Both the position numbers and the translations under genes were made by a program. From Acidobacteriota bacterium (GTDB taxonomy: Bacteria; Acidobacteriota; Thermoanaerobaculia; Multivoradales; Multivoraceae), in contig JAYZDP010000168.1 in the NCBI GenBank assembly GCA_036337765.1, positions 3,247-67,246 on the forward strand: a stretch of DNA of 64,000 bases. Reading direction: 5' to 3'. Below are positions 47,631-58,377 of this stretch, in pieces; position 1 is the first letter of the stretch, and the number at the start of each line of letters is the position of its first letter. The notes under the pieces were generated by a model that saw nothing but the letters and a program-made list of their open reading frames with translations, was not told the DNA's origin and did not search any database.

Positions 47631-48259
47631 CAGTGGCCTCCTCCGGCGACAACGCCAGCTCCAGGCAGGAGATAGAGGACCGGGAACAGGAAGATCCAGA
47701 CCAGGTCGACGAAATGCCAGTACAGCCCGGCCACCTCGATTCGATTAGCGAAGCGGTCCGGTTCGGTCTGAAACATCTTCGAGCCCGGCCCCCAGAGGTA
47801 GCCGTTGACGATCAGCCCGCCGATGACGTGCAGCATGTGAAGCCCGGTCAGCACGAAGTAGATGCCGAGGAAGGTCGAGTTCGCGGGAAAGTCACCGTGC
47901 GAGAACTTGGTGCCGTATTCGTAGGCCTTGATACCCAGGAAGGCAAGCGCGCACAGGCACGTGATGCCCATGTAGAGCTTGTACTTGGCGAAATCGTTGA
48001 GCTTGAGCGAGGCCCACGACATGACCATCGTCACACTCGAGGCGATCAGCACGAGGGTGTTCACGAAGGCGACTGGGACATTGAGAATGTCGGAGCCGGT
48101 CGGCCAGGCGGGAGCGGCGGTCCTGAGCAGGATGTAGGTCGAGAACAATGCTCCGAAGAGCATCACCTCGGAAGCGAGAAACAGCCAAACGCCCAGCTTC
48201 GCGTTATACAGGCCCGTTTCGGGATTCGGGTCTACGTTGTACGGGATGACGACTGACAT
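47630..48259 (-). CDS. coxC: cytochrome c oxidase subunit III
   Basis: Heme-copper oxidase subunit III fold (MSVVIPYN..., conserved W/H-rich helices). 209 aa. Confidence 0.9.
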   Translation of the reverse strand: MSVVIPYNVDPNPETGLYNAKLGVWLFLASEVMLFGALFSTYILLRTAAPAWPTGSDILNVPVAFVNTLVLIASSVTMVMSWASLKLNDFAKYKLYMGITCLCALAFLGIKAYEYGTKFSHGDFPANSTFLGIYFVLTGLHMLHVIGGLIVNGYLWGPGSKMFQTEPDRFANRIEVAGLYWHFVDLVWIFLFPVLYLLPGAGVVAGGGH

Positions 48260-48261
48260 CT

Positions 48262-50028
48262 TCAGGCCTCCTGTGGCTGGCTCTGCGCCGTGAAGTCCTC
48301 ATCGGAGCCCGGAGCGCTGTACTCATAGGCGGGCCGGAAGACGGTCGGGATCTTCGGAAAGTTGCCATGGCCGATCGGTGGCGACGGCGCGTCCGTCCAT
48401 TCCAGCGTCGTTGCTCTCCAGGGGTTGCCCCCGACTTTCTCGCCAGTCTTCAAGCTCATGAAGAAATTGACGATGAAAAAGATCTGCACCACTGCGAGTC
48501 CGAAGGCCGACCAGGTCATCATCTTGTTCCACACCATGACGTCCTTGGCGAACTCGTAGGTCAGCCCACCGTCGTACAGGCGTCGCGACAATCCGGCCAT
48601 GCCCTGGATGAGCATCGGGAAGAAGATGCCGTTGATGAACAGGAGGGACGGCCAGAAGTGCAGCTTGCCGAGCAGTTCCGACATCTTGCGACCCGTCACC
48701 TTCGGGTACCAATAGTAGATCCCGGCAAAGATGGCGAAGATCGTGCCCGGAGCCACAACGTAGTGGAAGTGGCCGATAACGTAGTACGTGTCGTGCAGCG
48801 GGATGTCCGACGCCGTCAGCCCGAGGGGCAGGCCGGTCAGACCGCCGATCGCGAACATGGGGAGAAACGCCAGCGCGAAGAGCATCGGCGTGTTGAAGCG
48901 AATCGAGCCGCCCCACAGCGACAGCAGCAGACACGTCAGGATGATCACCGAGGGAATGGAGATGATCATCGTCGTAGTCTGGAAGAAGGCGCTGATCACT
49001 GTGCCCATGCCGGTCATGAACATGTGATGGGCCCAGACGATGAATGACATGAAGCCGAGAAAAACCACCGAGTACACCAGTGACTTGTAGCCCCAGATGG
49101 GCTTGCGGGTGTTGTTGGCGATGATCTCTCCGACCATTCCCATGGCGGGCAGCACGAGAACGTAGACCTCGGGATGGGCCAGAAACCAGAACAAGTGCTG
49201 CCAGAGCAACGGGCTGCCGCCCCCGCTCCTGAAATCCTCCATCTCACCGCTGATCACGAGGCCGTCGGGCATGAAGAAGCTCGTGTCGACGAGGCGATCG
49301 AAGAGCTGCAGAACTCCCGCCGCCTCCAGCGGTGGGAAGGCCAGCAGAAGTAGGAACGAGGTCACGAGCTGTGCCCAAACGAAAAAGGGAAGCCGCATCC
49401 AGGTAAGCCCCGGCGCGCGCATCTGAATGATGGTGACCAGGAAATTTACGGCGCCCAGAAGTGAAGACGTGATGAGCAGGATCATTCCGAACAGCCAGAC
49501 CGTCTGCCCGTCCTCGAGGACCGATAGCGGCGGATAGGACGTCCAACCCGACCGAGCCGCGCCGCCCGGCAGAAAGAAGCTCGACGCCATCAAAAGCCCG
49601 CCAGGCAGGAAGCACCAGTAACTCGCCATGTTCAGCTTCGGGAACGCCATGTCGGGCGCGCCGATCTGAAGCGGAACCACGTAGTTGCCGAAGGCGCCGA
49701 CGAGCAGCGGAACGACAGCCATGAACACCATGATGGTGCCGTGCATCGCGCCGAGCTGGTTGTAGAACTCCGGCAGCATGATGCCGCCGGGTGCGTTGTC
49801 GGCCCCGAAGAGTCCGCCGATCGCTGGGATCGGCTTGCCCGGATACGCCAGCTGCCACCGCATGAGCAGCATCAAGCAGAAGCCGAGGAGCATGAACACC
49901 AGCGCGGTCAACCCGTACTGGATGCCGATCATCTTGTGATCCTGGGAGAAGACGTACTTCCGCCAGAAGCTCTCCTCGTGGTGCTCCTCGTGAGCGTCGG
50001 CGTGGGAGTCGGTGGTTGCAGGTTCCAT
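48262..50028 (-). CDS. coxA: cytochrome c oxidase subunit I
   Basis: 12+ TM helices, heme/CuB ligands (GHPEVY, HHMF, HFHYV). Confidence 0.95.
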   Translation of the reverse strand: MEPATTDSHADAHEEHHEESFWRKYVFSQDHKMIGIQYGLTALVFMLLGFCLMLLMRWQLAYPGKPIPAIGGLFGADNAPGGIMLPEFYNQLGAMHGTIMVFMAVVPLLVGAFGNYVVPLQIGAPDMAFPKLNMASYWCFLPGGLLMASSFFLPGGAARSGWTSYPPLSVLEDGQTVWLFGMILLITSSLLGAVNFLVTIIQMRAPGLTWMRLPFFVWAQLVTSFLLLLAFPPLEAAGVLQLFDRLVDTSFFMPDGLVISGEMEDFRSGGGSPLLWQHLFWFLAHPEVYVLVLPAMGMVGEIIANNTRKPIWGYKSLVYSVVFLGFMSFIVWAHHMFMTGMGTVISAFFQTTTMIISIPSVIILTCLLLSLWGGSIRFNTPMLFALAFLPMFAIGGLTGLPLGLTASDIPLHDTYYVIGHFHYVVAPGTIFAIFAGIYYWYPKVTGRKMSELLGKLHFWPSLLFINGIFFPMLIQGMAGLSRRLYDGGLTYEFAKDVMVWNKMMTWSAFGLAVVQIFFIVNFFMSLKTGEKVGGNPWRATTLEWTDAPSPPIGHGNFPKIPTVFRPAYEYSAPGSDEDFTAQSQPQEA

Positions 50029-50034
50029 AAGTCT

Positions 50035-50934
50035 CTATCCTCCGAGCCCTGGAACATGCTCCAGGAGCGACAGCCCGAACACGACCGGGATGTAAAGCAC
50101 CGAGCCCAAGAGCACCCGGCGAGCCGCAGACTTCGACCGATCTCTGGCGAATCCGACCGACGTCCAGAGGAACGCGAGCCCGGCGACCGTCGAGCCGACC
50201 AGAAAGATCGTCCCGCCGAAACCGAGCGACGGGGAGACCGCCGTCAGCAGGACGAGCATCACACTAGTGATGAGCATCCAAAACGAGGTCCGCCCACCAG
50301 TGCGATCGAGAACCGGGAGGATGGGGAAGCCCCCTCGTTCGTAGTCCTCTCGGTGCATCCAGCCGATGGCCAAGAAATGAGGGATCTGCCAAAAGAAGAC
50401 GATGCCGAAAAGCACCCAGGCACCGAGATCGAGTCGCCCGGCAGCTGCCGCCCAGCCGATGACGGGGGGCAGCGCACCCGGCACGGCGCCTACCAGGGTG
50501 GAGATCGGTGTCTTCGTCTTCAGCGGCGTATACAGAAAGAGATAGGAGAACGAAGTCGCGGCACCCAGCGCTGCAGCGAGTGGGTTGACCCGCCAAGCCA
50601 GAAGGAGCACCGACAGCACCGTCAGCACACTGCAGACAACGAGCACCAAACCACGATCGACACGGCCCGCCGCGATCGGTCGATCGGCGGTGCGGTCCAT
50701 GCGCGCGTCCTGGCGCACCTCGATGACCTGATTAAGCGCCGACGCGCAGCTCGCGAGGATGCCGGTCGCGACAATCGCCTCGAGCACAGCAAGGCTCGGG
50801 ACCGCCATGGGCGCGGCCAGAAACGCCCCCGCCGCCATGGTGATCAACACCATCAGCGTGATGCGAGGTTTCGTCAACTCGCTGAGGTCGCTCCAACCGA
50901 CCTCGTGGCTCATCTGCGCAGCTCCGGCTTTCAT
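50035..50934 (-). CDS. ctaB: protoheme IX farnesyltransferase (heme O synthase)
   Basis: UbiA-family polytopic protein. N-terminal LTKPRITLMVLIT. Confidence 0.9.
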   Translation of the reverse strand: MKAGAAQMSHEVGWSDLSELTKPRITLMVLITMAAGAFLAAPMAVPSLAVLEAIVATGILASCASALNQVIEVRQDARMDRTADRPIAAGRVDRGLVLVVCSVLTVLSVLLLAWRVNPLAAALGAATSFSYLFLYTPLKTKTPISTLVGAVPGALPPVIGWAAAAGRLDLGAWVLFGIVFFWQIPHFLAIGWMHREDYERGGFPILPVLDRTGGRTSFWMLITSVMLVLLTAVSPSLGFGGTIFLVGSTVAGLAFLWTSVGFARDRSKSAARRVLLGSVLYIPVVFGLSLLEHVPGLGG

Positions 50935-50994
50935 CTCCCGTCCAATCGATCAAACGCGCGGAGGCGATCCGATCGCCCCCGCACCGTTAGTTCA

Positions 50995-51771
50995 TCAACC
51001 TCCGAAGCCGAGATCCAGGCTGGCGGAGCCGCCGGCCTCGATCGTCACCTGTCCGGACTGTGTACCGAGACTCTCATGCCACGCCTCGACGGTATAGCTG
51101 CCCGCCGGCACGCCGGAGATGGAAAAGCTGCCGTCCGCGCCGGTCACGGCGAAGAACGGGTTGTCGACGACGCCGATGTAGGACTGCATCCAGGGATGCA
51201 CGTCGCACTTGACCGGAATGACCTCGGCCGAATCGAAGGTGCGCTCGAGCTCCATGCCTTGGAAGGGCTGGGCCTGATTGAACTCAGGGTTCGCGGACGG
51301 CGTCGCATGGACGTTGTGCAGCGTCGGATCCTGATTGATGACCTTCAGCGTCTGGCCGATCAGGACACCTTGGACGCGAGGCACGTAGACACAGCCCTGC
51401 TGAGTGAGCGTCGCGGCCTCGCCGGGTGCTCCGAAGCTGCCCGATACGCCCTTCACGGCGACCAGGACGTTGGCGAGGTTGCCGGAATCGTCGGCAACGT
51501 GTGTCTCCGAGTGCACGGCACCGTCATGGAGGCCGGCACACACCGGATCGGCGTCCATCTGAATCTCGGAGTCCGGATCCTCGCCGCCGGCAACGGTGAT
51601 GGTGCCAGAGACAGAGCCCGTCTGCGACGGGTCGAGGGCAGGTGCGGTCGCGACGGCCGGCGCGGTCGGTGCCGAGTCGGTGTCGCCGCCGCCACCACAG
51701 CCGACCAGCCCGATGAGGGCCACGGCTAGGAACGGGAGGGCGAGCCTCCAGTTTTCATGCTTCATTCTCAA
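50995..51771 (-). CDS. lipoprotein with cupredoxin-like type-1 copper motif and CarboxypepD_reg-like beta-sandwich domain
   Basis: Lipobox LVGC. Amicyanin-like ligand spacing H...C-x2-H-x2-M (KCDVHPWM). C-terminal FAVTGADGSFSISGVPAGSYTVEAWHE. Confidence 0.55.
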   Translation of the reverse strand: MRMKHENWRLALPFLAVALIGLVGCGGGGDTDSAPTAPAVATAPALDPSQTGSVSGTITVAGGEDPDSEIQMDADPVCAGLHDGAVHSETHVADDSGNLANVLVAVKGVSGSFGAPGEAATLTQQGCVYVPRVQGVLIGQTLKVINQDPTLHNVHATPSANPEFNQAQPFQGMELERTFDSAEVIPVKCDVHPWMQSYIGVVDNPFFAVTGADGSFSISGVPAGSYTVEAWHESLGTQSGQVTIEAGGSASLDLGFGG

Positions 51772-51840
51772 AACCTCCTTGTACTGGAATCGAGGCTGCG
51801 GACCGGGTTCTTTTCGTGAGCCCGTAGTGGAATCGCAGCC

Positions 51841-54771
51841 TTACAAGCTCCATAGGTAGTCGCGCAGAACGGCCGAGACCTGATCGACGTCGCCGAGGAA
51901 CTCTTTGAGCTCGTCCTCGGACCCGAAGTGGCGCATCATGCGCGACTTCTGATCGTCGAACGTTGGCTGGTCGATGGCCATCGGCAACGGCGACACGAGC
52001 TCCCCGTTCTGCAGGGGAAAGTTGGTCGGCATGCGCGTGCCGGGTACCCAGAGCTGTGGATCTTTGATCCACTCCGGAACCCATTCGTGGCGCAGCCGGT
52101 CCTTGGCGAGCAATAGCGACGGTGCGAGGTCGGCTTCGCCGCCACCGAGAGCCGCGAGGGCCTCGGGGCCGGCTGGGTGACAGCGACCGCACTGCAACAT
52201 GCCGAAGATCTCGCCGCCCAGCGCAGTGTTGCGGCGCGAGGGTGACGGCGGATCGGACGCGAACGGCGTCGCCTCGTCGAGCGCCGCGAAGTAGGCGATC
52301 ATCGTGTTGGCGTTCTCGTCAGAGAACTCGAATGTCGGCATTCGCACGTCGAGCCAAGGCCGCAGCTGGACGCTCGATGGATCGTGAAGGAAGCCGAACA
52401 GCCAGTCAGCCTGCGTACGGGCTCCCTGCGAAGCAAGGTTTGGCGGCAGATTCGAGTCGTCGGCCATCGCCTCGGCGATACGGCGGCCGTCACCCTCGAT
52501 GATGTGGCACCCCTGGCAGTTCAGCCGCGTGACCAGCCTTCGACCCGCTGCCAAAGCCGGCCCGGTGGTGGGGTCGCCCGCCTTGCGCTGCTCGATCACC
52601 GACTCCTTGGTGAAGCCCATGAGCAGGGTCGTCACCGCGTCGGCCTCGGTGCGCGACATCCCGAAGTTCGGCATCCGGTAGAGCTCTTCGTAGCCTTTGA
52701 CGAGCTCCTTGCCGTGATCCCAGTAGCGTGGCCGCTGCAGCTTCGTGCGGATCCAGTCGTACTTGGTGTGAGGCACGTCGTGGGAGTGGCCGAAGTCGAA
52801 CAGATGCAAGGGCTTGGCCGCCTCTTCGGTCAGCTCCACGCCGATCGGCTTGGCGTCTTCGAAGCCGCCGATGGTGTGACAGCCCGCGCAGCCGTACTTG
52901 GCGATAGTCTGCCGGCCAAGGTACTGGCGCTGCTCCGGGTCCGACATCTCCGCCAAGCGCGCTTCGCTCTGCTCGATCGTCATCGTCGTACGCAGATAGG
53001 CCTTGATCAGGTCTCCCCTGGCCGCCGCGTCGACCGACTCACGGCCGAGGTTCTCCCAGTCTGTCTTGCGGCTCTGCATCAGGAAGGCGACGACGTCGGC
53101 GGCTTCCTGGTCGCTGAGCCGAAGATTCGGCATCGCGGTATCGGGTCGGTACTGTTTAGGATCCTGGATCCAGGCGTAGAGCCACTCGGCGGAGACCTTT
53201 GAGCCGACGCCAAGCAGGTTCGGACCGTGCAGCCTCTCGAGACTCTCGAAGTAGAACTCGCGCGGGTTCTCGGCGTCGATCACGTGACACCCGGTGCAGC
53301 CCACCGAGTTGAAAAGCTCTTCACCACGCCCTGAGTTGCCCGATGGAACCGAGGCGTAGGTTGCCGCTGCGGAGTTCTCCCACAGATAGTCCACCGCGGA
53401 TTCGATCTCGGCTCGCTGGAAGGCCTTGTTCTGGTCGCCGGCGATGTTCTCCTGATAGAAGAAATGCGGCATCCAGGTGGTCTGGCGGAAGTCGCGCGGA
53501 GTTTCGATCCACTTCGCTGCCCAGCCGGCGTTGGTTTTCGAGGCCACCTTGCGCAGGTCGGGGCCGACCTTGGGAAGATCCTCGTAGGCCTCGTAGCCGA
53601 TGTTGTGGCAGCCGTAGCACCCCATCTTGGTGACCAGCTTGCGGCCACGGTCTACGACGTTGGAACGCGGGACCCACACCTGGTCAGCGTGGCAGGACAG
53701 GCAGCCGGCCTCGGACAGTGGAGTCGGGTGGATCGGGGTCTCGAGGTACTTCTCGTACTTCCAGCCGTACTCGCCCTCCCACTCGGCCTTCTGATCCTCC
53801 GTCACCGGGCTGTGGCCAGCGCGTACGAAGTCGGTCGCCCGGTCGAGGCCCGAGTGGCACACGGTGCAGCCGAAGTCGCTGTAGTTGTGGGGCGAAGCGT
53901 CGGAGACGAAGAGATCTAGGCGGGGGTGCGAGCGGAAGGGTTCGGCCCACTCCTCGCCGTCGAAGCCCTCGCGGTCGGCGGCGACATGGCACGTCATGCA
54001 GCGGTCGACCCGGTCAATGGTGGTGAAGTTGATGTCGTGGAACAGTCCCGACAGCATCACCTGCTCGATCTTCAGCGATGGCGCCAGCATGTCCATGAGA
54101 GGGGCGTTGACCAGGAAGTAGTCGAGGCTCTTCTCCACCGTGGCGAGACGCGTCTCGAGACCGTCCAGCGCCGAGTTGAGATCCGCGAGCTTGCCTTCCG
54201 ACGCCGTCAGCCCGGCCCGCTCCTCCTCAAGAGCGGTCTGCCCGTCTGCGATCTGGCCCTGGATGTCCTCGACCACGCGGGTCTCGGCGATCCACTTCTC
54301 GGTCAGGCCGTCGTTGCGGGCCTTCTCGTTTTCGATGGCGCCCTCGTCACCGCTCTGCAGGGCCGCGTCATATTCGTACTTGCCGGCGTCGAGCACCGAC
54401 TTGGTGGCTCGCATCTGGGCGTCCGCGGCGAACAGCTGGCGGTCGAGACTCTCCAGGTTGGACTCGAGCTCGTCGATCTCGCCGCGCCGACCATCCAAGC
54501 GCTCGCGCTCGGCGGTCAGCTCCTGCTGCACCGCTGTGAGCGACTCCTGGTTCAACGCCTGACGTTCGGCCTCCATCTCGGCGACGATCGACGCGCGCTC
54601 GAGATCGCGAAACTCAGCCTGATACCGCTTCCACGGACGTCCGAAGTCGCCGAGAACCATCCACAGCGTTACCGCCAGAAGCCCCAACGAGCTAATGGCG
54701 AACCAGACGTTCATGTCCCGGAAGTCGTAATGACGATCTGGGGTTTTTTGCGGTGGAGTGGGACTTGCCAC
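51841..54771 (-). CDS. membrane-anchored octaheme c-type cytochrome with N-terminal coiled-coil
   Basis: Eight CxxCH motifs (CMTCH, CTVCH, CLSCH, CYGCH, CTGCH, CAGCH, CQGCH, CGRCH). N-terminal TM helix and a coiled coil of about 200 aa. 976 aa. Confidence 0.8.
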   Translation of the reverse strand: MASPTPPQKTPDRHYDFRDMNVWFAISSLGLLAVTLWMVLGDFGRPWKRYQAEFRDLERASIVAEMEAERQALNQESLTAVQQELTAERERLDGRRGEIDELESNLESLDRQLFAADAQMRATKSVLDAGKYEYDAALQSGDEGAIENEKARNDGLTEKWIAETRVVEDIQGQIADGQTALEEERAGLTASEGKLADLNSALDGLETRLATVEKSLDYFLVNAPLMDMLAPSLKIEQVMLSGLFHDINFTTIDRVDRCMTCHVAADREGFDGEEWAEPFRSHPRLDLFVSDASPHNYSDFGCTVCHSGLDRATDFVRAGHSPVTEDQKAEWEGEYGWKYEKYLETPIHPTPLSEAGCLSCHADQVWVPRSNVVDRGRKLVTKMGCYGCHNIGYEAYEDLPKVGPDLRKVASKTNAGWAAKWIETPRDFRQTTWMPHFFYQENIAGDQNKAFQRAEIESAVDYLWENSAAATYASVPSGNSGRGEELFNSVGCTGCHVIDAENPREFYFESLERLHGPNLLGVGSKVSAEWLYAWIQDPKQYRPDTAMPNLRLSDQEAADVVAFLMQSRKTDWENLGRESVDAAARGDLIKAYLRTTMTIEQSEARLAEMSDPEQRQYLGRQTIAKYGCAGCHTIGGFEDAKPIGVELTEEAAKPLHLFDFGHSHDVPHTKYDWIRTKLQRPRYWDHGKELVKGYEELYRMPNFGMSRTEADAVTTLLMGFTKESVIEQRKAGDPTTGPALAAGRRLVTRLNCQGCHIIEGDGRRIAEAMADDSNLPPNLASQGARTQADWLFGFLHDPSSVQLRPWLDVRMPTFEFSDENANTMIAYFAALDEATPFASDPPSPSRRNTALGGEIFGMLQCGRCHPAGPEALAALGGGEADLAPSLLLAKDRLRHEWVPEWIKDPQLWVPGTRMPTNFPLQNGELVSPLPMAIDQPTFDDQKSRMMRHFGSEDELKEFLGDVDQVSAVLRDYLWSL

Positions 54772-54832
54772 GGCTCTTCCTTTCAGGAGGCTTGCTGGCT
54801 AGAGGCTTCGATCTGAATCTCGCGGCGCTCGG

Positions 54833-55915
54833 TCAAATGTTGAGAAAGAACTCTTGGATGTGCACGAAGTACTTGAGGTTGAACATCCAGCGGAGATACA
54901 TCTTGATCGGCATGCTCATCATGATGAGCACCAGCGAGATGCCGATGTAGTAGCGCGACGGACCCATTTCGTCGTAGAAGCGTTTGAAGTACTTCGAGAC
55001 CTTCGGCAGCATCACCGGCAGCACCAACATATAGAGGGCTACGAGAATCAGCCCCGGTGACTCGCGCAGGAGCCAATGTGACGGGTGACCGATACCGAGG
55101 AGTCGTATCCAGAAGAAATCGGCAACATCGACGTTGATCAGTGGCTCGACCTTCGCCAGGTCCCAGTATTCGTAGGGACCGAAGAAGTTCCAGTTCGGAC
55201 CGCGCAGGAAGGTGCCAATGACGATCAGCTGGATCCACAGGATGAGATAGCCGAAGTTGAAAAGCAGGATTTCTGTCTTTCTCTCCTTGAATGTGAAGTA
55301 GCCGTTGCCCTTCTTATTCGTGTCGATATATGGAACCGCCATTAACCCCAGAATGATCAGGCTCGGCAATACAACGCCGGCCATCCACGGGTCGAAGTAG
55401 ACCAGCATCTCCTGCAGCCCCAGGAAGTACCACGGCGCCTTCGATGGATTCGGTGCAACCGACGTGTTCGCCGGCTCTTCCAGGGGTGCCATAAGCACGA
55501 TCGACCACACCACCATCACGATGGTGAGGATCACCATGCAAATGAACTCGGAGAAGACCAGGTCCGGCCAGGTGAAGATGCGGTCCTGGGACTCGCTCTT
55601 TTCGAAGGTGGGCTCGCCCTCGGCAGCGAGGTCGTCGTTGGTGTGGGCCTTGTTCATGGCCAGCCAGAGAAAGTAGCCCACCAGAAAGACCATCATCACG
55701 ATCGGAACGTTGTCCGCCTTGGTGACGATCAGTCGAAAATCCGGACTCGCCAGGCTGACCAAGAAGTACCCCGTACCACCGATTAGCATGGCGACCCCGC
55801 CGGCCTTCGACCACAACTTCTTGGAGCGGAACATCAACCAGAAGGCAACCAGCGACAGGCTGAAGGACCACTGCGGGGCCGACAGAAAGTTGACGAAATC
55901 GGCGAGGAACTGCAT
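54833..55915 (-). CDS. cytochrome bc-complex subunit IV / cytochrome b C-terminal-domain protein (extended, 360 aa)
   Basis: PetD/cyt-b C-terminal motif PNPSKAPWYFLGLQEML. Polytopic membrane protein. No CxxCH. Confidence 0.7.
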   Translation of the reverse strand: MQFLADFVNFLSAPQWSFSLSLVAFWLMFRSKKLWSKAGGVAMLIGGTGYFLVSLASPDFRLIVTKADNVPIVMMVFLVGYFLWLAMNKAHTNDDLAAEGEPTFEKSESQDRIFTWPDLVFSEFICMVILTIVMVVWSIVLMAPLEEPANTSVAPNPSKAPWYFLGLQEMLVYFDPWMAGVVLPSLIILGLMAVPYIDTNKKGNGYFTFKERKTEILLFNFGYLILWIQLIVIGTFLRGPNWNFFGPYEYWDLAKVEPLINVDVADFFWIRLLGIGHPSHWLLRESPGLILVALYMLVLPVMLPKVSKYFKRFYDEMGPSRYYIGISLVLIMMSMPIKMYLRWMFNLKYFVHIQEFFLNI

Positions 55916-56694
55916 CAGACGGGCCCCGAGATTCCACCGTCCTTACGGACGCGCCAGAAGTGAACGGCCATCAGGAACGCGGCGATGAGCGGGATGCCGA
56001 CGCAGTGCAGCACGTAGAAGCGCAACAGCGTGGCACCACCGATGACTCGGCCGGCGATCAACCCGAACCGCGCATCGCTGCCGACGTGGACCAGGTTCTG
56101 CCCCCCCAACGTGAGAAAGGCGGCACCCGGACCCTCAGCGCCGAGTAGCGGCGTCGCACGGGCCATGTTCGAGCCGACGGTGATCGCCCAGATGGCGAGC
56201 TGATCCCAGGGAAGGAGGTAGCCGGTGAACGACAGCATCAGGGTCATCACTAGCAGCAGAACGCCTACGTTCCAGTTGAACTCGCGCGGAGGCTTGTACG
56301 AACCGGTCATGAAGACCCGGAACATGTGCAGCCACACAGCGATGACCATGGCGTGCGCACCCCACCGGTGCAGCTCGCGCATGATGCCGAAGGCGACCGC
56401 CTCGCGCAGGTCCACCATGTCGACGTAGGCGTACTCGATGGTCGGCCGGTAATAGAACATCAGCAGCAACCCGGTGATGGTCTCGACCAGGAAGAGAAAG
56501 AAAGCCGTCCCTCCCATGCACCAGGTGTAGCTCATCCTGATACCCGACTTCTTCACCTTCACCGGGTGAAGATGCAGCACCACGTTGCCCAGCATCGCCA
56601 GGGCTCGCTTGCGGTTGTCGGTAGGGATCCCGACCCGGAAGATCGACTTCCAGACCTGAGACTTGACGATCGCCTTCTGCAGGAAATTCAGCAT
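55915..56694 (-). CDS. petB: cytochrome b6-type cytochrome b (N-terminal heme-binding domain)
   Basis: [33 protein letters not shown] and [14 protein letters not shown] match cytochrome b6/b N-terminal signatures with the His heme ligands. Confidence 0.85.
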   Translation of the reverse strand: MLNFLQKAIVKSQVWKSIFRVGIPTDNRKRALAMLGNVVLHLHPVKVKKSGIRMSYTWCMGGTAFFLFLVETITGLLLMFYYRPTIEYAYVDMVDLREAVAFGIMRELHRWGAHAMVIAVWLHMFRVFMTGSYKPPREFNWNVGVLLLVMTLMLSFTGYLLPWDQLAIWAITVGSNMARATPLLGAEGPGAAFLTLGGQNLVHVGSDARFGLIAGRVIGGATLLRFYVLHCVGIPLIAAFLMAVHFWRVRKDGGISGPV

Positions 56695-56715
56695 GCTCGC
56701 CCCGATCTCGCGCCG

Positions 56716-57246
56716 TTACAGCTGAACGAAAGAGGCTGGGTCGTTCCACTGACCCGCCTCGTGAAGGAACTTCTGAACCAAGTCGATGACCACCTGGCCG
56801 TCGGTTGGATCGATCGAAATGGCGGCTCTCTCGAGCGGCCGCGGCGTCGGCCCCTCGAAGTTGACGCCGGTCTTGTAGTACCCGCTGCCGTGGCAGGGGC
56901 ACTTAAACTTGTTCTGCTCGGCGAGCCAGTTCGGCGGGCAGCCGAGGTGAGTACAGATGGCGATCAGCGCGTAGAGCTGGCCACCTTCGTTAATCACCCA
57001 GATACCGCGGGTCTCCTTGAAGCGCTCGTCGACCATGCCCTCCGTGAAGTCCTCGGGCGGCCCGACCTTGAAGCGCGTGGGAGGCTCGAAGAGCACGTTG
57101 GGGAACATGAAGCGTCCCCATGCCGTCAGGCAGCCGCCCATGGCGGCCGAAAAGCCGACCCAGCCCACCGCTGCCCAGGAGAAGAAGCCGCGCCGGGTAA
57201 AGCCCTTGAGCCCGCCGCTCGACGCACCTGAATCTTGTTCAGCCAT
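56716..57246 (-). CDS. petC: Rieske [2Fe-2S] iron-sulfur protein
   Basis: CTHLGCP and CPCHGSGY boxes. N-terminal TM/Tat-like segment. Confidence 0.9.
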   Translation of the reverse strand: MAEQDSGASSGGLKGFTRRGFFSWAAVGWVGFSAAMGGCLTAWGRFMFPNVLFEPPTRFKVGPPEDFTEGMVDERFKETRGIWVINEGGQLYALIAICTHLGCPPNWLAEQNKFKCPCHGSGYYKTGVNFEGPTPRPLERAAISIDPTDGQVVIDLVQKFLHEAGQWNDPASFVQL

Positions 57247-57378
57247 CTGCCGTTTCCTCGTCTGGTTTGGGACTGGGCGTCCCCGGGATCGCGCGTATGG
57301 TTTCGAATCGCCAGAGGGGTGTCAACCCCGATGCCGACGCCCTCGAAGCGCCCTGTTTCGACGGTTCTGTAGCTTGCT

Positions 57379-58290
57379 CTATCCTTCCGACCGCAGGGCC
57401 CTTCGGGCCTTGATTGCCGCCTGTCTAACCTTCAGGCTGGGGTCCTCCTCGGCGAGCACAGAGACCAGCTCGAGTTTCCCGGACTGCTCCAGCCTCACCA
57501 GCGCGCGTAGCGCGCCGATCATCGCCTCTTCCTGCTGCAGGGGAGTGATCTCGGGCACCTGGGACAGGAAGCGGCGATCGAGCATCTGCTCGAGGACCTC
57601 AACCCCCTCGTCGCGCCCGAGTTCTGAGAGGGCCAACGCCGCGTTCCAACGCACGTCCGCCACCGGGTCTTCGACCAGCACCGCCAGCGAGTCCGCAACC
57701 TGTGGCTCGTCAAACCCACCTAACGCATACGCTGCGGTCTTGCGAATGCCGGCGTCGCTGTCTGCGATACCGGCCTGAACCGCGGCGAGGCCGCGTCGGT
57801 CTCCGATCGAACCGAGCGACATCAGCGCATAGATCCGAGTCTGGGAATCTTCGCCGCCGGCCGCGTCGATGAGTAGCGGTACGGCCTCGCGATCCTCGAT
57901 GTGGCCCAGAACCAGGGCGAGATAGCGGCGTACCCAGATGTCCTCGGTGCGCTCGAACAGGCGGCGCAGCTCGACCTCGCCACCCGGCTCCTCGTTCAGC
58001 GCCTCCGGATCGGCGCTGAGAATCTTCGACAACTCGTAGGCCGCCTGCTTGCGGCGGTGCGCGAAGAAGGAGCGATTGTCGCGCAGGTCGTTCAGGTAGT
58101 CGCCTACCGACTGGCGATCGTAGGCGACCCAGCCGAAGAGGACGAACACCCCCACGCACATGATGACCACCAATAGAGGGACCACGAACAGCCCGACGAT
58201 CTGGCGCACCCCGCTCGCAGAAGCTGGCTCGCGCGGTGAGGGAACGCCCGGGTCCGGCGACGGACCCGCAGCGGTAGCTTCCTCGGACAT
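57379..58290 (-). CDS. membrane-anchored HEAT-repeat (PBS-lyase-like) protein
   Basis: One TM helix followed by repeated AxxALGxIGD/ALxxL HEAT-like units. 303 aa. Confidence 0.6.
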   Translation of the reverse strand: MSEEATAAGPSPDPGVPSPREPASASGVRQIVGLFVVPLLVVIMCVGVFVLFGWVAYDRQSVGDYLNDLRDNRSFFAHRRKQAAYELSKILSADPEALNEEPGGEVELRRLFERTEDIWVRRYLALVLGHIEDREAVPLLIDAAGGEDSQTRIYALMSLGSIGDRRGLAAVQAGIADSDAGIRKTAAYALGGFDEPQVADSLAVLVEDPVADVRWNAALALSELGRDEGVEVLEQMLDRRFLSQVPEITPLQQEEAMIGALRALVRLEQSGKLELVSVLAEEDPSLKVRQAAIKARRALRSEG

Positions 58291-58377
58291 AAGCGACGAT
58301 CTTCCGTAAAAGACGACTGGCGTCAGGCAACCCCGTCAACGGACGGACGTCGCTGTGCCAGCGCTATACAGTACCCG

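Noticed and set aside
57396-57412. GGCCC-ttc-GGGCC hairpin near the 3' end of the HEAT-repeat gene
   Set aside because: It lies inside the coding sequence (stop at 57379) with a short stem, and is probably coincidental in GC-rich DNA.
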